Source: Malacoraja senta
Taxonomy: Eukaryota
Length of the DNA: 60,000 nt
Assembly: GCA_038087875.1 (NCBI GenBank)
Contig: CM075994.1
Location: 3,970,001-4,030,000, forward strand
Direction: 5' to 3'
Part shown: positions 1-60,000 of the stretch, piece by piece
Numbering within the stretch: the stretch's first letter is position 1
Layout: the number at the start of each line of letters is the position of its first letter
The notes under the pieces: model-generated
Seen by the model: the letters and a program-made list of their open reading frames with translations, nothing else
Told to the model about the DNA's origin: nothing
The model's database searches: none
Made by a program: the position numbers and the translations under genes

Positions 1-452
1 GAATTACTTTATCCATTCAACGTTATCATGGCAAATGACTCCCTTCCGCACAAAAGAGAATGTAGGTGGTTGAATTCTGAGCAAATTGCAACATGCTGGA
101 TGAATTCAGGGAATTATGTTGCGCCTGTTTGGGGGAATGGACAGTTAACGCTTCGGTCGGGACCCCTCTGAGTCTCAAGAAACTCTCTCACCAATATCTG
201 GGATACTTTTATGATTTTCTTACCCCAAAATCACTGCTCTTGGTTTGACCCGACCCGAAATGTCGCTTGTCTATGTCCTGCAGCGATGCTGCCTGTGCCA
301 CAGGGTTACCCGAGCATTTTGTGTTCTCCGTTCATTGCAATTCGTCTAGTATCAGTTTTTGCTGTCAACCGTTTGGCGTCATGTTTTTTTGCTAGACGTT
401 CATGCGCCATTTACCCTTGTAACTTATTTTATTCTTTCCTTTATCTTAACAG

Positions 453-59058
<58,606 letters not shown>

Positions 59059-59289
59059 GTAAGACATGATTCCAAAAACATGTTCTTGGTTGAGTGGGAC
59101 ATTCAGTTATTGCCACACTGCTGCAGAAAAGAACAAATAGATAGAAGCTCCGGAGCCATGAAAGTGGATTAAGAAAATTACGTAAAAAACAAGTTTGGGG
59201 GCATAATCGCTCTAAATATATTTGATGCGAATAAGTGCAGGTTTAGGATTAGAGTTAGGGTGAGGCTTCATTTTTATGTTTAGTTAATC

Positions 59290-60000
59290 TAAACATAAAA
59301 TATGTAACAATTCTATTATTGTCCAATGTACCAAGCTGCATTGGAAAGCCGTGTTTTGTATGCTATTCAATCAGACCAGATAATACTACACATAAGTTCA
59401 ATCAAGCGACGTATCACCAATCGAACTCAAGTACAATGATAGAGCAAAGGGGGAGAAAGTATTTCTCAGCACAGTATCGCAATGGTTCTCTGGACAAAGT
59501 CCAATATCCTCAATAGAGGAGAGGTGTACATGGGGTGGGGGTAACCCAAGCGTATGTATAGACCGTTCAGAAGCTCTATGACAGAGGGGAAGTAGTTGAT
59601 CCTCAGTCTGGTGGTGCGCGCTTTCAAGCTTCCGTCATTTCTGCCACATGGGACAAGAGAGAACATTTAAATACATTAGTGGAACACATCTTTAATTATG
59701 TTGATTATATTGGCTGCTTTTCCGAGGTAGAGTGACGTGTACAATGAGTCCGTTATGAGACGTGTGCCTTATGTAAAGGTCTGAATTACATCAACAACTC
59801 TCTGCACTTGTTTGCGGGCTTTGACTGTTCCCAAACCAAGATGTGATCCAAACCGAAAGTATGCTTTCTATAGTGCATCTGGAGAAGTTTGTAAATGTCT
59901 TTCGAGACATGCACAATTTCTCAATCACCTAAGGATGTAGCGGCGTCAGTGTGTCGTCTTCGCGGTCGCTTCAATGTGTGCAATCCATGATAGATCATTG
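59290..60000 (-). mobile_element. Degenerate Rex1/Babar-like LINE 3' fragment
   Basis: C-terminal motif ARTTRLRINYFPSVIELLN in ORF 59466-59666. Confidence 0.6.

Overview
This is vertebrate, repeat-rich genomic DNA. The repeat complement (CR1 LINEs, a Penelope-like element, tRNA-type SINEs) suggests a cartilaginous fish such as a skate or ray; that assignment is inference. Nearly all long ORFs in the track are CR1/Penelope fragments, their antisense shadows, or microsatellite artefacts. The main hidden feature is a + strand gene that the ORF track cannot see. At least 28 micro-exons (12-39 nt) lie between 453 and 59058; all have lengths divisible by 3, AG/GT boundaries and phase 1-1. They splice into a stop-free 747-nt frame encoding an internally repetitive coiled-coil-like segment with Ser-rich spacers. 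Decayed and possible alternative-terminal micro-exons are also present, and the gene appears to extend past both window ends. Its introns hold a Gypsy-type LTR remnant fused to an ASPM-like IQ-repeat fragment (later split by a CR1 with a 6-bp target-site duplication, TSD), a triple-nested Penelope/CR1/L2-like insertion, a non-autonomous Helitron, a near full-length CR1 with a 78-bp tandem-repeat 5' end, and hammerhead-ribozyme-like motifs. Repeat boundaries are approximate unless a junction is quoted.
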